A stretch of 64,000 bases of DNA from Candidatus Micrarchaeota archaeon. Lineage in GTDB: Archaea > Micrarchaeota > Micrarchaeia > Micrarchaeales > CABMGC01. The stretch covers positions 17,993-81,992 of the forward strand of contig JAJZKQ010000001.1 of assembly GCA_021804095.1 (NCBI GenBank). Reading direction: 5' to 3'. Of the stretch, positions 39,388 to 49,871 are shown one piece after another (positions within the stretch are counted from its first letter, which is position 1; every line of letters starts with the position of its first letter). The notes beneath the pieces are model-generated. The model did not search any database and had not been told where the DNA came from. It saw nothing but the letters and a program-made list of their open reading frames with translations. A program made the translations under genes and the position numbers.

Positions 39388-39987
39388 ATGGACAATTCGA
39401 AAGTCATAGGGGTTGGCGCGGAAGCGAGGCTTTCCCTAATAAATTTGTTTGGAAGTGATATAGTAGTCAAAGAAAGGCTGCCTAAAAAATACAGAGCTAA
39501 AGAATTGGATCTCAGAATTCGGAAGGAGCGTACAAAGAATGAGGCAAGAATAATGTTCAGGATTTCGAGAGCAGGGATAAGATGCCCAAGAATAGTGGCG
39601 CTTGGGCGCTTTTCTATATATATGGAAAGATTGGAAGGGGTACTTTTGAAAGACAAAAAAATAAGCAACAAGGAAATTGCCGAATCTGGGCGCATACTTG
39701 GAAGCATGCATTCTTTAGATATAGTACATGGGGATTTTACTCCTGCGAATCTTATATCAGATAATTCAGGGAAGATCTATGTAATAGATTTTGGACTGGC
39801 TGAAATGACAAGGAGCGAGGAGGAGAAGGCAGTAGATCTTCTTCTTATGAAGAGATATCTGAAGAGGAATCTTTACCGTTTGTTTGAAGATTCTTATTCT
39901 AAAACCTACAATGATTCGGAGAAGATTCTCAGGAGGCTTGTCGAAGTAGAGAAAAGAGGAAGATACCAGACAAGGACTCTGGCATAG
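39388..39987 (+). CDS. bud32: KEOPS kinase Bud32
   Basis: GAEA, HGDFT..N, IDFGL, RGRY. Confidence 0.94.
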   Translation: MDNSKVIGVGAEARLSLINLFGSDIVVKERLPKKYRAKELDLRIRKERTKNEARIMFRISRAGIRCPRIVALGRFSIYMERLEGVLLKDKKISNKEIAESGRILGSMHSLDIVHGDFTPANLISDNSGKIYVIDFGLAEMTRSEEEKAVDLLLMKRYLKRNLYRLFEDSYSKTYNDSEKILRRLVEVEKRGRYQTRTLA

Positions 39988-40001
39988 ATTGTTCTCTTAA
40001 T

Positions 40002-40964
40002 TTAGGTTGTGAAGTTTTGAGGCTGGGTGTATCCTGAAGACCAGGAGGTTGTATACTCTACATTTATGGCATTGCCATTATTATTTACTCCGCTGTAGTC
40101 GTTGGCGTTGCCGTTGAGCGGCCACCACCCGGCAAGGTTTTGAAGCGCTATTGGAGCTCCGCCTATTCCTTCATCGTAAAGCTGCATTATGTCTGACTGG
40201 GAAAGCGAGACGTTGTATAGCTGTAGGTTTGCAATCGAGCCGTTATATTGGTTGGTAAGTATTGGGCTGTTTGGAACGTTATAGCTTCCAATAAAGAGTC
40301 CATTGTCTGGGATATTGTTGCTCGTAATATAATTAGTTGTTGCGATTGGAACCCCATTTAAGTATAAGGTAAGGGTATTGCCGTCGTATGTTGTGGCTAC
40401 ATAATACCATTTGTTATTAAAAGTGGAAGAAGGGTAGACGGAAGAGTATGCAGAAGTTCCGGTGTAAGAAGTTCCTACTGTAGAAAATAATTGTGAAGCA
40501 ATAAGGCCATTTGGTTGTATAGCGACATTTATTGACATTCCCTCGTCTCCTTTAGAATAAGAAAATATTCTCGCAATGCAGAAAGGCGCATATATCATTA
40601 TGCAATTATCAGGTTTTATCCACATTGAGTAAGTTACCGGTTCCCAGTTTATATTGCTATAACGATATATTTTGATGATGCTGTTTTGTCCATTGAAATT
40701 TGCAACGTATTGGGGCTCTTCGTTGTTGCATTGGCCTTCAAGGTTTCTGTTTGTCCTGGATAATCCGAGATTGCTGTTTTGGTAAGACAGTTGTACAAAA
40801 CAATTTCCCGGAGATGCCTTGGGAGAGATCAGATTGGAGGCGTTTCCAGAGAAGAAGAGGTATGCCAGGCTTCCCATTACAACGGCTATTATGAATATTG
40901 CCCACCCGTAGGTCATGAGATATTCCATTGCCGATTGTAGACGCATGTTTCGCATGCTATTCAT
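40002..40964 (-). CDS. LamG/ConA-like lectin domain protein with class III signal peptide
   Basis: QSAMEYLMTYGWAI, WYYVATTYDG, GSIANLQLYN, GWWPLNG. Confidence 0.88.
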   Translation of the reverse strand: MNSMRNMRLQSAMEYLMTYGWAIFIIAVVMGSLAYLFFSGNASNLISPKASPGNCFVQLSYQNSNLGLSRTNRNLEGQCNNEEPQYVANFNGQNSIIKIYRYSNINWEPVTYSMWIKPDNCIMIYAPFCIARIFSYSKGDEGMSINVAIQPNGLIASQLFSTVGTSYTGTSAYSSVYPSSTFNNKWYYVATTYDGNTLTLYLNGVPIATTNYITSNNIPDNGLFIGSYNVPNSPILTNQYNGSIANLQLYNVSLSQSDIMQLYDEGIGGAPIALQNLAGWWPLNGNANDYSGVNNNGNAINVEYTTSWSSGYTQPQNFTT

Positions 40965-41009
40965 TATGTAAAAAAATTTAATAAGGTGTTGATTGTTGAG
41001 CTTTGAGGA

Positions 41010-42263
41010 TTAGCCGGCCTCGTTTTCCTCCTTTGTTGCTTCAACAGTGTGCTGTTCATCTTCCTTGAATATGGTCTTCTCTATGAGCTCCTTTATTTTC
41101 TGGGGAGGATATGCGAGTTTTATAAGTTTTGTATGCCCTCTTATTCCTTTTCCTGATTCGTAGGAGATTATTATGCCTTGCATGTTTAGATCTGCTATGT
41201 ATCTCCTGTAGAGCCTTGTGCTTTTTGCTTCTTTGTTTAACGAGCTTGCAATGGAATGATATCTGTTGTATATCTCCCCGCTAAGAACAAAAGAATCGTC
41301 GCCTTCATTAAGTTTTTTGTACCTGCTCCCGTTTATTGTCATTAAGGCTATGGCGTATACTATAAGCCGCTGATGCTCAGGCAGCGTGTTTATTATCTCG
41401 TAGGCAATCTCCTCCTCTGCCGATTTTGCAGCCTCGGATATTTCTTTTGTAGTTACATTCTGGAGGTTTCTTTCCTCCGAGAGCTCGCCTGCTTTCGTTA
41501 TTATCTTAAGTGCAAGGCGTGCGTCTCCGCTCTCTTTAGCTGAAATTGCAGCAGTTAAACTTACGCATGCAGGGTCTACAACTCCTGCTTTGAAGCCTTT
41601 TTCTACCCTGTCTTTTATTATTGCTGAAAGTTCCTGCGAATTGTATGGAGGGAATGCAAGTTCCTTTTCATAAAGGGTAGAGAGGCTTCTTGGATCTAGA
41701 TCTTCCTTGAATGAAACCCTGTTGGATATGCCTACCATTGTTATCCCTCCGGACTTCATATCGCTGTTTGCCCTGGATAGCGTGTATATGAGATCGTCCA
41801 GATCTTTTATCATATCTATTTCATCTAGAATTACTATTAGCATGCGGTTGTCTTCCTCTACCCAGTTTATTACCTTTTCATATATGTCTATGACTCCATA
41901 GCCTCGTTTTGCATACATTGGGATATGATCAGTAGCTATCTTGCTGAGCACCCTGTATCTTGAGTTGTATACCCTGCAGTTTATGTAGGATATCTCGGCT
42001 TTTATCATAGGAAGCTTTCTTATCTGTTCTATTATGTATTTCATGCATGAGGTCTTTCCCGTACCTGTTTTTCCGTAAATGAAGACATTTCTTCCCCTTT
42101 CGCCGCGCAGTGATGGCGTTATGGCGTTCTCTATTTCGGATATCTGTTTGTCTCTGAAGAGTAGATTATGAGGTATATAATGAGGGGAGAGAACCTCTCG
42201 GTTGGCAAATATAATTGATTCCTTGAATAAAGACTCGAATCCTTTTCCCAAGCTATCTACCAA
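41010..42263 (-). CDS. cdc6: Orc1/Cdc6 replication initiator
   Basis: GKTGTGKT, LDEID, FPPY, GDAR. Confidence 0.95.
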   Translation of the reverse strand: MVDSLGKGFESLFKESIIFANREVLSPHYIPHNLLFRDKQISEIENAITPSLRGERGRNVFIYGKTGTGKTSCMKYIIEQIRKLPMIKAEISYINCRVYNSRYRVLSKIATDHIPMYAKRGYGVIDIYEKVINWVEEDNRMLIVILDEIDMIKDLDDLIYTLSRANSDMKSGGITMVGISNRVSFKEDLDPRSLSTLYEKELAFPPYNSQELSAIIKDRVEKGFKAGVVDPACVSLTAAISAKESGDARLALKIITKAGELSEERNLQNVTTKEISEAAKSAEEEIAYEIINTLPEHQRLIVYAIALMTINGSRYKKLNEGDDSFVLSGEIYNRYHSIASSLNKEAKSTRLYRRYIADLNMQGIIISYESGKGIRGHTKLIKLAYPPQKIKELIEKTIFKEDEQHTVEATKEENEAG

Positions 42264-43050
42264 CTATCTTTTTTGCTATTTCGGAATATTCGTTTTTTAT
42301 TTCTTTGTCTTCCTGTGCTGGAATCTTGCCCGAGTCGCTTAGCCTGCCGAATTTTGGATCTGAGCTTATGCTACCTAGGAAATCACATTGGAGTTTTTCG
42401 GCAACCTCCCTGCCTCCTGTGCCGCTCCCGTCAGACATGTTTTCAATAACCCCCAATATTGATACGTTCAGCCTTCTTGCCATGCCTCCGGATCTTATCG
42501 TGTTTACTGCAGATATGTGCTGTGGCGTTGTAACAAGGATGAAGCCGTCTAAGTCGAGAAGCTGGATTAGGGAGAGAGGAGCATCTGATGTGCCTGGAGG
42601 AAGATCTATTATAAGATAATCGAGGGTTCCCCATTCTGTATTTTCGAAGAATTCTGATATCATCTTGCCTATCATTGGGCCTCTCCATATTATTGGCGCT
42701 TTCAAGTCATCAACAAGCATAGCTGTTGATAGGATTTTTATTCCGTCTTTTTCAACAGGCATAAGCGGATACTCACCTGACAAGGTATCATTTATACCCA
42801 AGAATAGTGTGAGATTTGGGCAGTCCACATCCGCATCGAGAAGACCTACTTTGTAACCCATCTCTTTTAGCAAATATGCCAGATTGACTGAAGTTGTGGT
42901 CTTTCCAACGCCTCCTTTAGCGCTGTATATGCCTATTTTGTGCTTTATTCCTGATAGCTTTTCCCTGAGCCTCTTCTTCTGTTCTATCACTTTTAGGATT
43001 GACGGATGAGGCTTTGGAAGGCTATCTGGGTTTCTTTTTTCATCTTCCAA
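42253..43050 (-). CDS. Mrp/NBP35 (ApbC) family ATPase
   Basis: KGGVGKTT, IWRGP, DLPPGTSD, ENMS. Confidence 0.9.
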   Translation of the reverse strand: MEDEKRNPDSLPKPHPSILKVIEQKKRLREKLSGIKHKIGIYSAKGGVGKTTTSVNLAYLLKEMGYKVGLLDADVDCPNLTLFLGINDTLSGEYPLMPVEKDGIKILSTAMLVDDLKAPIIWRGPMIGKMISEFFENTEWGTLDYLIIDLPPGTSDAPLSLIQLLDLDGFILVTTPQHISAVNTIRSGGMARRLNVSILGVIENMSDGSGTGGREVAEKLQCDFLGSISSDPKFGRLSDSGKIPAQEDKEIKNEYSEIAKKIVGR

Positions 43051-43155
43051 TAAACCACGAATATATTTGCCATAAAAAGCATATAGTTATTTGTATTTCC
43101 ATAATTTCAGTTGGTAGTAATCGGTTTCTTAAATATTTACAGCCAATTCTAGGAT

Positions 43156-43611
43156 GTGGAAACCAAAATAATATACATAGGGAGTGATCATGCCGGCCTT
43201 AATCTGAAAAAAGCAGTTTCGTTGTTTCTTGAAAAGGAAGGTTATGAGATAAGGGATCTTGGGCCTTCTGTGCTTAACGCAGAAGACGATTATCCGGACT
43301 ACGCAAAAGAGGTCTGTAGGGAGGTAGTATCCAGGAAAGGCAGGGGCATACTTATATGTGGTTCTGGACAGGGAATGGACAGGGCCGCAAATAAAATTCC
43401 GGGAATACGGGCTTCGGTCTGCTGGGATGAGAAGTCGGCGATTTCTGCGAAGAAAGATGGTAATATCAATGTACTATGCCTTGGAGAGAGAATGGTCAGC
43501 CCTGCTGCTGCCAGGAAGATAGTTAAAATATGGCTGGAAGTGCCATTTGAAGGAGAAGAAAGGCACCTTAGGAGAATTATGAAAAGTGAAAGGATAAATA
43601 AAAATAGATGA
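43156..43611 (+). CDS. rpiB: Ribose-5-phosphate isomerase B
   Basis: GSDHAG, DYPD, CGSG, RH.RR. Confidence 0.93.
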   Translation: METKIIYIGSDHAGLNLKKAVSLFLEKEGYEIRDLGPSVLNAEDDYPDYAKEVCREVVSRKGRGILICGSGQGMDRAANKIPGIRASVCWDEKSAISAKKDGNINVLCLGERMVSPAAARKIVKIWLEVPFEGEERHLRRIMKSERINKNR

Positions 43612-43615
43612 GATT

Positions 43616-44491
43616 ATGATGGTTCTTGAAGGCCCTGCCGCAAATGGAATGGGAAAGAGCATTGCCGGAAGGCTTTCGTGTGATTTTGGAAAGATTGAAC
43701 ATAAGCTATTTCCTGATGGTGAGTCGTACATAAGGATGCCTCCGGTTATTGGCGATAGCTTTGCAGTGGTGCAGTCCACATATGCGCCTTCTGAAAAACA
43801 CCTGGTAGAGCTATTATTCATGATAGATGCGCTAAGAGACATGAACAAAAAAGAAATAACTGCAGTTGTTCCGTATTTGGCATATTCCAGGCAGGATAGA
43901 AGATTTAGAGAAGGGGAGGCAATTAGCATAAATACGGTATTGCGACTTCTTGCTGATTCGGGCATTGGAAGGCTCATAACAGTAGAACCACACAGAAAAG
44001 AGCCGTTTTCTTCGTTTTCCGGAAAATACACGGTGATAGACCCTGTTGAAAAATTTGCAGAGGTTCTTTCTGAAAGGATTAAAAGTCCTTTTATAATAGC
44101 AACTGACGAAGGAGATATGGAAAGGGCGAAGAGGCTCGCTGACCTTATGGAATGCGATTATGATTTTATAGAGAAGGAGAGAGATCCGGATAGCAATCAG
44201 GTAAGTGCTGTTTCTTCCATAAACTCAGATCTTAGTGGAAAAGAAGCGGTGATATACGATGATGTCATAAGCACCGGGGGGACCATAGAGCTTGCAGCGA
44301 AGATTGCCATTTCTAATGGAGCGGCGAAAGCCGTAGCTGTTGCTTCACATCTTGTGATGGCAGGGAATGCTTATGAAAGGATGATCTCTGCCGGAATTTC
44401 TGAAATTTATGGAAGCAATACTGTGCCATTTAGCAGGTGTCATGTTATTGATGTCTCAGGATTGATTGCTGAGACATTGGTTTCAGAATAA
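43616..44491 (+). CDS. prs: Ribose-phosphate pyrophosphokinase
   Basis: FPDGE, YSRQDR, DDVISTGGT. Confidence 0.95.
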   Translation: MMVLEGPAANGMGKSIAGRLSCDFGKIEHKLFPDGESYIRMPPVIGDSFAVVQSTYAPSEKHLVELLFMIDALRDMNKKEITAVVPYLAYSRQDRRFREGEAISINTVLRLLADSGIGRLITVEPHRKEPFSSFSGKYTVIDPVEKFAEVLSERIKSPFIIATDEGDMERAKRLADLMECDYDFIEKERDPDSNQVSAVSSINSDLSGKEAVIYDDVISTGGTIELAAKIAISNGAAKAVAVASHLVMAGNAYERMISAGISEIYGSNTVPFSRCHVIDVSGLIAETLVSE

Positions 44492-45148
44492 CGAAGATGG
44501 AATTGGAGGCAGGGGGGGCTTGTGGCTCTTCACATTTGTGACTATTTTAGAATATTTGGCCCTTTTTAACAGATATCTTTTGTTGGAGCTATATCGCATT
44601 TTTATCATCCGTCTCAGTGCATTTATCTCTCCTTTTCTTAAAAAGCGAAGGGGGCCTTTCGATTTCCTTTCTAATTCGGCGATTAGTTCGTCTATGGTCT
44701 TGTTCTCTTTTAAGGCTCTCGTTTCAAAGTAGTTGGCCTTTGTCTCCATTCTGGTAAGGAAATTATTCAGATATTTGGATAGGGATCTTGTGTCCCTTGC
44801 CTTTAGAGTCAAACCTGCAAGGTAGATGTTGGCAAAATCGCTTCCAAACCAGTGGGTATACCCTATACCCAAAGACTCTACAAGGGATAAATATGAAATA
44901 AGCTCTCTGTGGCTCATTTTTTTTGAGTTTGAAATTATATTTGGCATACATATAGCACCATAATCAAAGCTTTTTAGAAGTTCTTCCATTCTTGATGCGT
45001 GTTCGTTTAGGATCTGCGAGAATTTTTGGTCTGTTGACATTTTTTGCCATTCTTCACTGACTACCCTTCTTAGAGCCTTGCTTATAAAATCGTTGTTTGG
45101 GAATTTCAGTACTGTTTTTTCAGGTTCGTTTTTTATTGCCGCATCCAT
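44483..45148 (-). CDS. Hypothetical protein
   Basis: 221-aa basic helical ORF after gltX. Confidence 0.65.
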   Translation of the reverse strand: MDAAIKNEPEKTVLKFPNNDFISKALRRVVSEEWQKMSTDQKFSQILNEHASRMEELLKSFDYGAICMPNIISNSKKMSHRELISYLSLVESLGIGYTHWFGSDFANIYLAGLTLKARDTRSLSKYLNNFLTRMETKANYFETRALKENKTIDELIAELERKSKGPLRFLRKGEINALRRMIKMRYSSNKRYLLKRAKYSKIVTNVKSHKPPLPPIPSSLF

Positions 45149-45170
45149 TTAATATCCCAATATCCACGTT

Positions 45171-46892
45171 TCATATGCCTACGAATGCCATTTTTTCTTT
45201 ATTGTCCAGTTTAAAGAAGCCTGTGCGCTCCAATTGGACTGTCCCGCCTTCCTCTATTCCGCTTACATAACTTTCGATGAATCCCTTCGTCGAAAGCATG
45301 CTTTTTTCATTGAATATTTCATTCTCTAATAGATCCCCTATCTCAAGGAGGTTAGCCTCAAGATAGTTATCCTTGTTCACCCATGGAATTCTCGCGGCAC
45401 TATCCGCAGTTTCTGAAAGATAGCTTGCTTCTATGTTATCTTTTTCAATACTGTGAATTTTTATGCCGAAGGCATCCTTGAGCTTTATGGTGTCGCCATT
45501 TCTAAGATTCAATGCGTCATATGAATTTATAAAGAATATGTCAGAGAGATTATACCTGCGGTGCTTTAAACTTTCGGAAGGATGCGCTTTCATTTCTATC
45601 TTTCTTTTGGAATCCGGTATTTCCGTTACGGTTATTTTTATAGGATCTTTGATAAAAAACAGCCTGGGGGATTTGTTATCAATTATCTTTCTATTTTCTG
45701 CAAGAAGCATTTCTATTCCTACTTTGCTGTCTGTCTTGCTCATTCCGAACCTTAAGACAAATTCCATTATTGCGCTGGGTTGTATTCCTCTTCTTCTCAA
45801 GCCAGCTATGGTAACAAGCCTTGGGTCGTCGAAACCCCAAAGTAGGTTCTTCTTGATAAGCTCCTTGAGCTTTCTTTTCGAGGTTATATTATTGTTTATT
45901 TCAAGTCTTGCAAAACTGTGTAGTCTCGGAAGCCTGAGCTCTAATCCGATGAGTATTTCATAATAAAGACGGTCTCTGAGTTCGTATTCTTTGCTTCGGA
46001 GAACATCCGTAACTCCCATTATGGAATCCATTATAGGAGTATTAAAATCATAGGTAGGCCATAGCCAGTATTTTGATCCTTGGCGATAATGAACGTTTTG
46101 CTTTACGCGGAATAGGGTCGGGTCCCTTAATGCAGTATTCTGATCTTTTATATTTCCCTTGTAGCGAAGTATTGAATGGGAGTTTTTATCGCTAAGCATT
46201 TTTTCCCATTCCGAGAGGTTCTCTTCAGGTGGCTTTTCTTTATGTGTGCAGTCTATTCCGTTGGTTCTCTTTTCTGAAATTTCTTCAGGTGGACAATCGC
46301 ATACATAGGCCTTTCCTTTTTTTATCAGGGCGGAAGCAAACGAGTACATTTTTTCAATATTGTCGCTTGCGTAGTATTCGGTATCAAAACCGATGTTTAG
46401 CCATTCAAGGTCTTTTTTAAAAGATTCTACATATTCCTGGCTGTCTGTCTCGGGATTTGTATCATCGAAGTATAAATTTATATGCCCATTATATATTCTG
46501 GAAAATTCCTTTTCCATGAATACTGCTTTTGCATGGCCTATATGCATGTATCCGTTTGGAGCAGGCGGAAATCTAGTGACAAACGCTCCGTTTTCTGCAC
46601 CTTCCAGAACCATTTTAGGCTTTGCTGTCTTTTCTATTTTTTCCTTTCTTTCCGAGGCGAATTCTTCGTTGTACTTTAGTGCTTCTGAATTTATCTCTTC
46701 TGGATTTAGTCTGTTTATTCTGGCAACCTCTACACTTATTTTTTTTGATAGTTCTTTTATTTCAGATCGCATTTCAGGGAACTCGGAAAGAACGCCATTT
46801 AGTACTGTCGATTCCCTTGCCTTCCCGTAATTCAAGGCGTTTTTTACTGCGGCTTTTACGATCTCTTCGCTTATTTCTTCATCGGATGCCAT
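45171..46892 (-). CDS. gltX: Glutamate-tRNA ligase
   Basis: RFPPAPNGYMHIGH, DDTNP, TSKR, RRRGI. Confidence 0.95.
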   Translation of the reverse strand: MASDEEISEEIVKAAVKNALNYGKARESTVLNGVLSEFPEMRSEIKELSKKISVEVARINRLNPEEINSEALKYNEEFASERKEKIEKTAKPKMVLEGAENGAFVTRFPPAPNGYMHIGHAKAVFMEKEFSRIYNGHINLYFDDTNPETDSQEYVESFKKDLEWLNIGFDTEYYASDNIEKMYSFASALIKKGKAYVCDCPPEEISEKRTNGIDCTHKEKPPEENLSEWEKMLSDKNSHSILRYKGNIKDQNTALRDPTLFRVKQNVHYRQGSKYWLWPTYDFNTPIMDSIMGVTDVLRSKEYELRDRLYYEILIGLELRLPRLHSFARLEINNNITSKRKLKELIKKNLLWGFDDPRLVTIAGLRRRGIQPSAIMEFVLRFGMSKTDSKVGIEMLLAENRKIIDNKSPRLFFIKDPIKITVTEIPDSKRKIEMKAHPSESLKHRRYNLSDIFFINSYDALNLRNGDTIKLKDAFGIKIHSIEKDNIEASYLSETADSAARIPWVNKDNYLEANLLEIGDLLENEIFNEKSMLSTKGFIESYVSGIEEGGTVQLERTGFFKLDNKEKMAFVGI

Positions 46893-46896
46893 GTGT

Positions 46897-47565
46897 TCAC
46901 TTTATTTTTGATGAGCTGAGGCTGTATATGGTCCCGTTGTTGGTTATCAATGCTGAAACCTTGACCTGTACTGTTTTTACTGCGTTGTTTGTTAGGTCTT
47001 CGGTTATTTGAGAATGGCGCTGACTTGGAAACAGCGGAATTGTGTATGTCTTTCCGGAGATGTAGAAGTTGAGGGCTGATGGAAGAAGTATTTCAGCAGG
47101 AGCTGAAAAGGAAATGCACGAAAGGGTGCTTGAATTAAAGTTTCTGTTTATAAAATTGAATAGCTCTGAAGTGTTCATTGTTCCAGCAAGTATTAGCGTT
47201 TGGTTCGGCAGGGAATAGAAGTTATATATGGAATTGTTGTTTTCAAGCTTGTTTAAAGTGTTCTGTAATTTTGTGTTTACTGCTGTTGTAAAAGAAGAAT
47301 TGGAACAGGATATACTTAGGTTTAAGGTGTTGTTGTATCCTATAATCGAAGCGTTTGTAGTGGCGATCCCATATGTTGTAGGTGGGGGTGTTGATGAGGA
47401 TGATGTTGGTGAGGAAGGAGTGACGCCTACAGAACCCGGTGAAAGATAAAATCCAGTAATGAAGAATAAAGCTACGAGTATTGCTGCTAGCACAGGAAGG
47501 ATGCGCTTTATTCTTGATTTTAGGTCTGGTTTCTTTTCTGCGGTGTTTTTTTGTTGATTTTCCAT
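46897..47565 (-). CDS. Membrane-anchored surface protein
   Basis: N-terminal TM, S/T/P linker, many sequons. Confidence 0.7.
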   Translation of the reverse strand: MENQQKNTAEKKPDLKSRIKRILPVLAAILVALFFITGFYLSPGSVGVTPSSPTSSSSTPPPTTYGIATTNASIIGYNNTLNLSISCSNSSFTTAVNTKLQNTLNKLENNNSIYNFYSLPNQTLILAGTMNTSELFNFINRNFNSSTLSCISFSAPAEILLPSALNFYISGKTYTIPLFPSQRHSQITEDLTNNAVKTVQVKVSALITNNGTIYSLSSSKIK

Positions 47566-47619
47566 TTGATGCACTTCATTGAATGCGTTATAACACATAT
47601 TAATAGGATATTTGTTATT

Positions 47620-47778
47620 GTGACGTCCTCCCGCCCGTAAACGGTGTGGGCATAGATCCTGAATTTGTAGGCTCTTGCCAATTCAATGAAGTTTATATCG
47701 TTATTCATGTTTATACACTTTTCTGCGGTTCGCTCTCATCCTACCCTTGAAGAGTGTGGGATTTCAAGCTTACGGTGA
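47620..47778 (-). mobile_element. Internally deleted miniature IS200/IS605 (tnpB) element
   Basis: Left hairpin GAAATCCCACACTCTTCAAGGGTAGGA, right hairpin GCCCACACCGTTTACGGGCGGGAGGACGTCAC; peptide RAYKFRIY fused to GREDVT. Confidence 0.75.
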
Positions 47779-47902
47779 TGACTTTTGAATTTACTGGTCA
47801 AGACAGGCATAACTTGCTTTGTTATATCTGCCCGAGGTACTTTGTACTATTATATTATATGTTTTGGTGCATATGTATTAAAATAAAATTATAAGTGATA
47901 GC

Positions 47903-48610
47903 ATGGCTTTTAAGGATAATGACTTCCTAAAAATAGATTACAGTTTGTGGAGAGTTGCAGACAATCAGCTAGTCAGAACTACAGAAAAGAAACTTGCGGA
48001 GGGGAATGGGATATTTAGAGAGGATATTAGATACACGCCACAGCTTGTTGTGATAAGTAGAGATAATGCAATAAAGGCGCTTTGGGAAGCTTTGAAGACA
48101 ATGGATGTTGGAGAAAGCAAAACATTAGATCTTGAGCCTAAAGATGCTTTCGGAGAGAGAAATCAAAGCCTCGTAAGAATGATGCCAATAGCCGACTTCA
48201 GAAAGAGAGATATTGACCCAGTTCCAGGGATGCAGATAGACATAGATGGAGTTATTGCTACTGTGAAAAGCGTCAACTCCGGAAGAGTCATGGTAGATGC
48301 AAACAACCCTCTGGCAGGAGAAAAGGTGCGTTATGAGATAAAGGTTGTCTCGCAGTTGGTCAAGCCTGAAGAGAAGGTTAGGGCAGTGGCGGAGATGTAT
48401 GCTCTTGAGCCTCATGCCGTGAGTGTCAATCAGGCCGAAGCCCGTGTTGTTTTTGATAGCAAGACAAAGATGGATGCCGATTACTTCTTGAATAAGACAT
48501 ATTTCGTAGGTACTGTTTTTGAATACCTCGACGAGATGAAGAAGGTAATTGTAGAGGAAGAGCATCTTAAAGAGAGGCCTGCCGCTGTGGAAGAACACCA
48601 TCATTCTTGA
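47903..48610 (+). CDS. FKBP-type PPIase (SlyD-like, long archaeal form)
   Basis: AFGER, GRVMVDANNPLAG. Confidence 0.9.
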   Translation: MAFKDNDFLKIDYSLWRVADNQLVRTTEKKLAEGNGIFREDIRYTPQLVVISRDNAIKALWEALKTMDVGESKTLDLEPKDAFGERNQSLVRMMPIADFRKRDIDPVPGMQIDIDGVIATVKSVNSGRVMVDANNPLAGEKVRYEIKVVSQLVKPEEKVRAVAEMYALEPHAVSVNQAEARVVFDSKTKMDADYFLNKTYFVGTVFEYLDEMKKVIVEEEHLKERPAAVEEHHHS

Positions 48611-48654
48611 CTTGAATCCGGCTTTGGATGCAGGTTTTTGGTAGGCTTTGGGAA

Positions 48655-49815
48655 TCAGGGTTGGATCCAGTCTATTTCATAATATTCGGCTTTGCTGTCT
48701 TTTAGTTTTATCTGCTTGATTTTATAGTAGGTTACTGCCGTTTCCCGATCGGCTATTGCAATAACTAGTTCTATTTTTAGGCGCTTGGCTTCCTTTATTG
48801 CACTTGCAAGTTCTGCGCCTCCTATAAATTCTTCTTCGCCGAAGGAGAGCATGGCATATCTTGGAGGATTGTCGTTTGGATTTTCTGAATCTCCAGATCT
48901 TCGATGGTAAAGTATGAAGTCTATTTCTGTCTTTCTGCTGTTTTTTTTGCCAGGAACTGCTAGGATAAACGTCTTCCTTACTGAATGGGCTACCCTTATT
49001 GCCCTCGCCCATTCAGATATTAGTAGGCGCGAGTTTCTTGGAAATACATGTACCACATGCCTTGAGTGCGCCCACTCCCCATTTTCTGCCTTGAATGGCT
49101 TTGCTCCTGGGAAATATATCCTAAAGTGTGTTCCAAACTTGAAGCCCGTCTTTACCACATAGCCATTCTTCCTCCAGTCTTTGTATACAGAATATAATAG
49201 ACCAAATTGGCCATGTCTGCTTTTTAGTTCTCCTATTAGCCTCTTTTTGTTTATATTGGTAAGTCTAAGCTGCCCGTTTTCAATTAAGAACAGTGTTTCA
49301 TATACGTCAAGCTTGTTTAGGTTTCCTCTGTCTGAGGCTTTGTAGGAACCGTATTGTCCGAACCAGAATGACTCGTAGATCTCTTTTGCCTTTTCTGTGC
49401 GGTTTATGACAGTCACAAGATCGGTAATAAAGAAGGTCCCTGAAAAGTGGTACCCGTGGAGGGAGAGTTTTTTTGAAGGATACTCCTTTATAGGATTGGA
49501 ATGGGGCCTTTTGTGCTTGGTCTCCGGTGTCTTTATTATAAGCCCCCTGTCTCTCCAGTCTTTATAAGTAAGGTATTTCGCCATGAACTTCTTTTCTTTC
49601 CAGAATTTTCCGGCAATCTCGTTGAATGATAATTTTGAACCTTTGTAATATATCTCCGCATTTCTCACATCTGCAAGATATAACGCTTCGAATATTGAGA
49701 GCTGTGTAGGATTTCCTTTCTTAGGTTTTCCTAGAAATCCTCTTTCCAGTATATCTTTTGTAGATTGGTCTTCTGCGGTTATTTTTTTCCTTGAATGGTA
49801 ATTTAGGACTATCAT
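48655..49815 (-). CDS. endA: tRNA splicing endonuclease, probably epsilon2 type
   Basis: YKDWR twice, KFGTHFRIY, H, RVAHSVRK; 386-aa three-unit layout. Confidence 0.9.
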   Translation of the reverse strand: MIVLNYHSRKKITAEDQSTKDILERGFLGKPKKGNPTQLSIFEALYLADVRNAEIYYKGSKLSFNEIAGKFWKEKKFMAKYLTYKDWRDRGLIIKTPETKHKRPHSNPIKEYPSKKLSLHGYHFSGTFFITDLVTVINRTEKAKEIYESFWFGQYGSYKASDRGNLNKLDVYETLFLIENGQLRLTNINKKRLIGELKSRHGQFGLLYSVYKDWRKNGYVVKTGFKFGTHFRIYFPGAKPFKAENGEWAHSRHVVHVFPRNSRLLISEWARAIRVAHSVRKTFILAVPGKKNSRKTEIDFILYHRRSGDSENPNDNPPRYAMLSFGEEEFIGGAELASAIKEAKRLKIELVIAIADRETAVTYYKIKQIKLKDSKAEYYEIDWIQP

Positions 49816-49871
49816 CTAAACGTCTGTATTGGTTTTTTCTTGCTTTTATATTTATTGTGTGCAGGCCTGTT

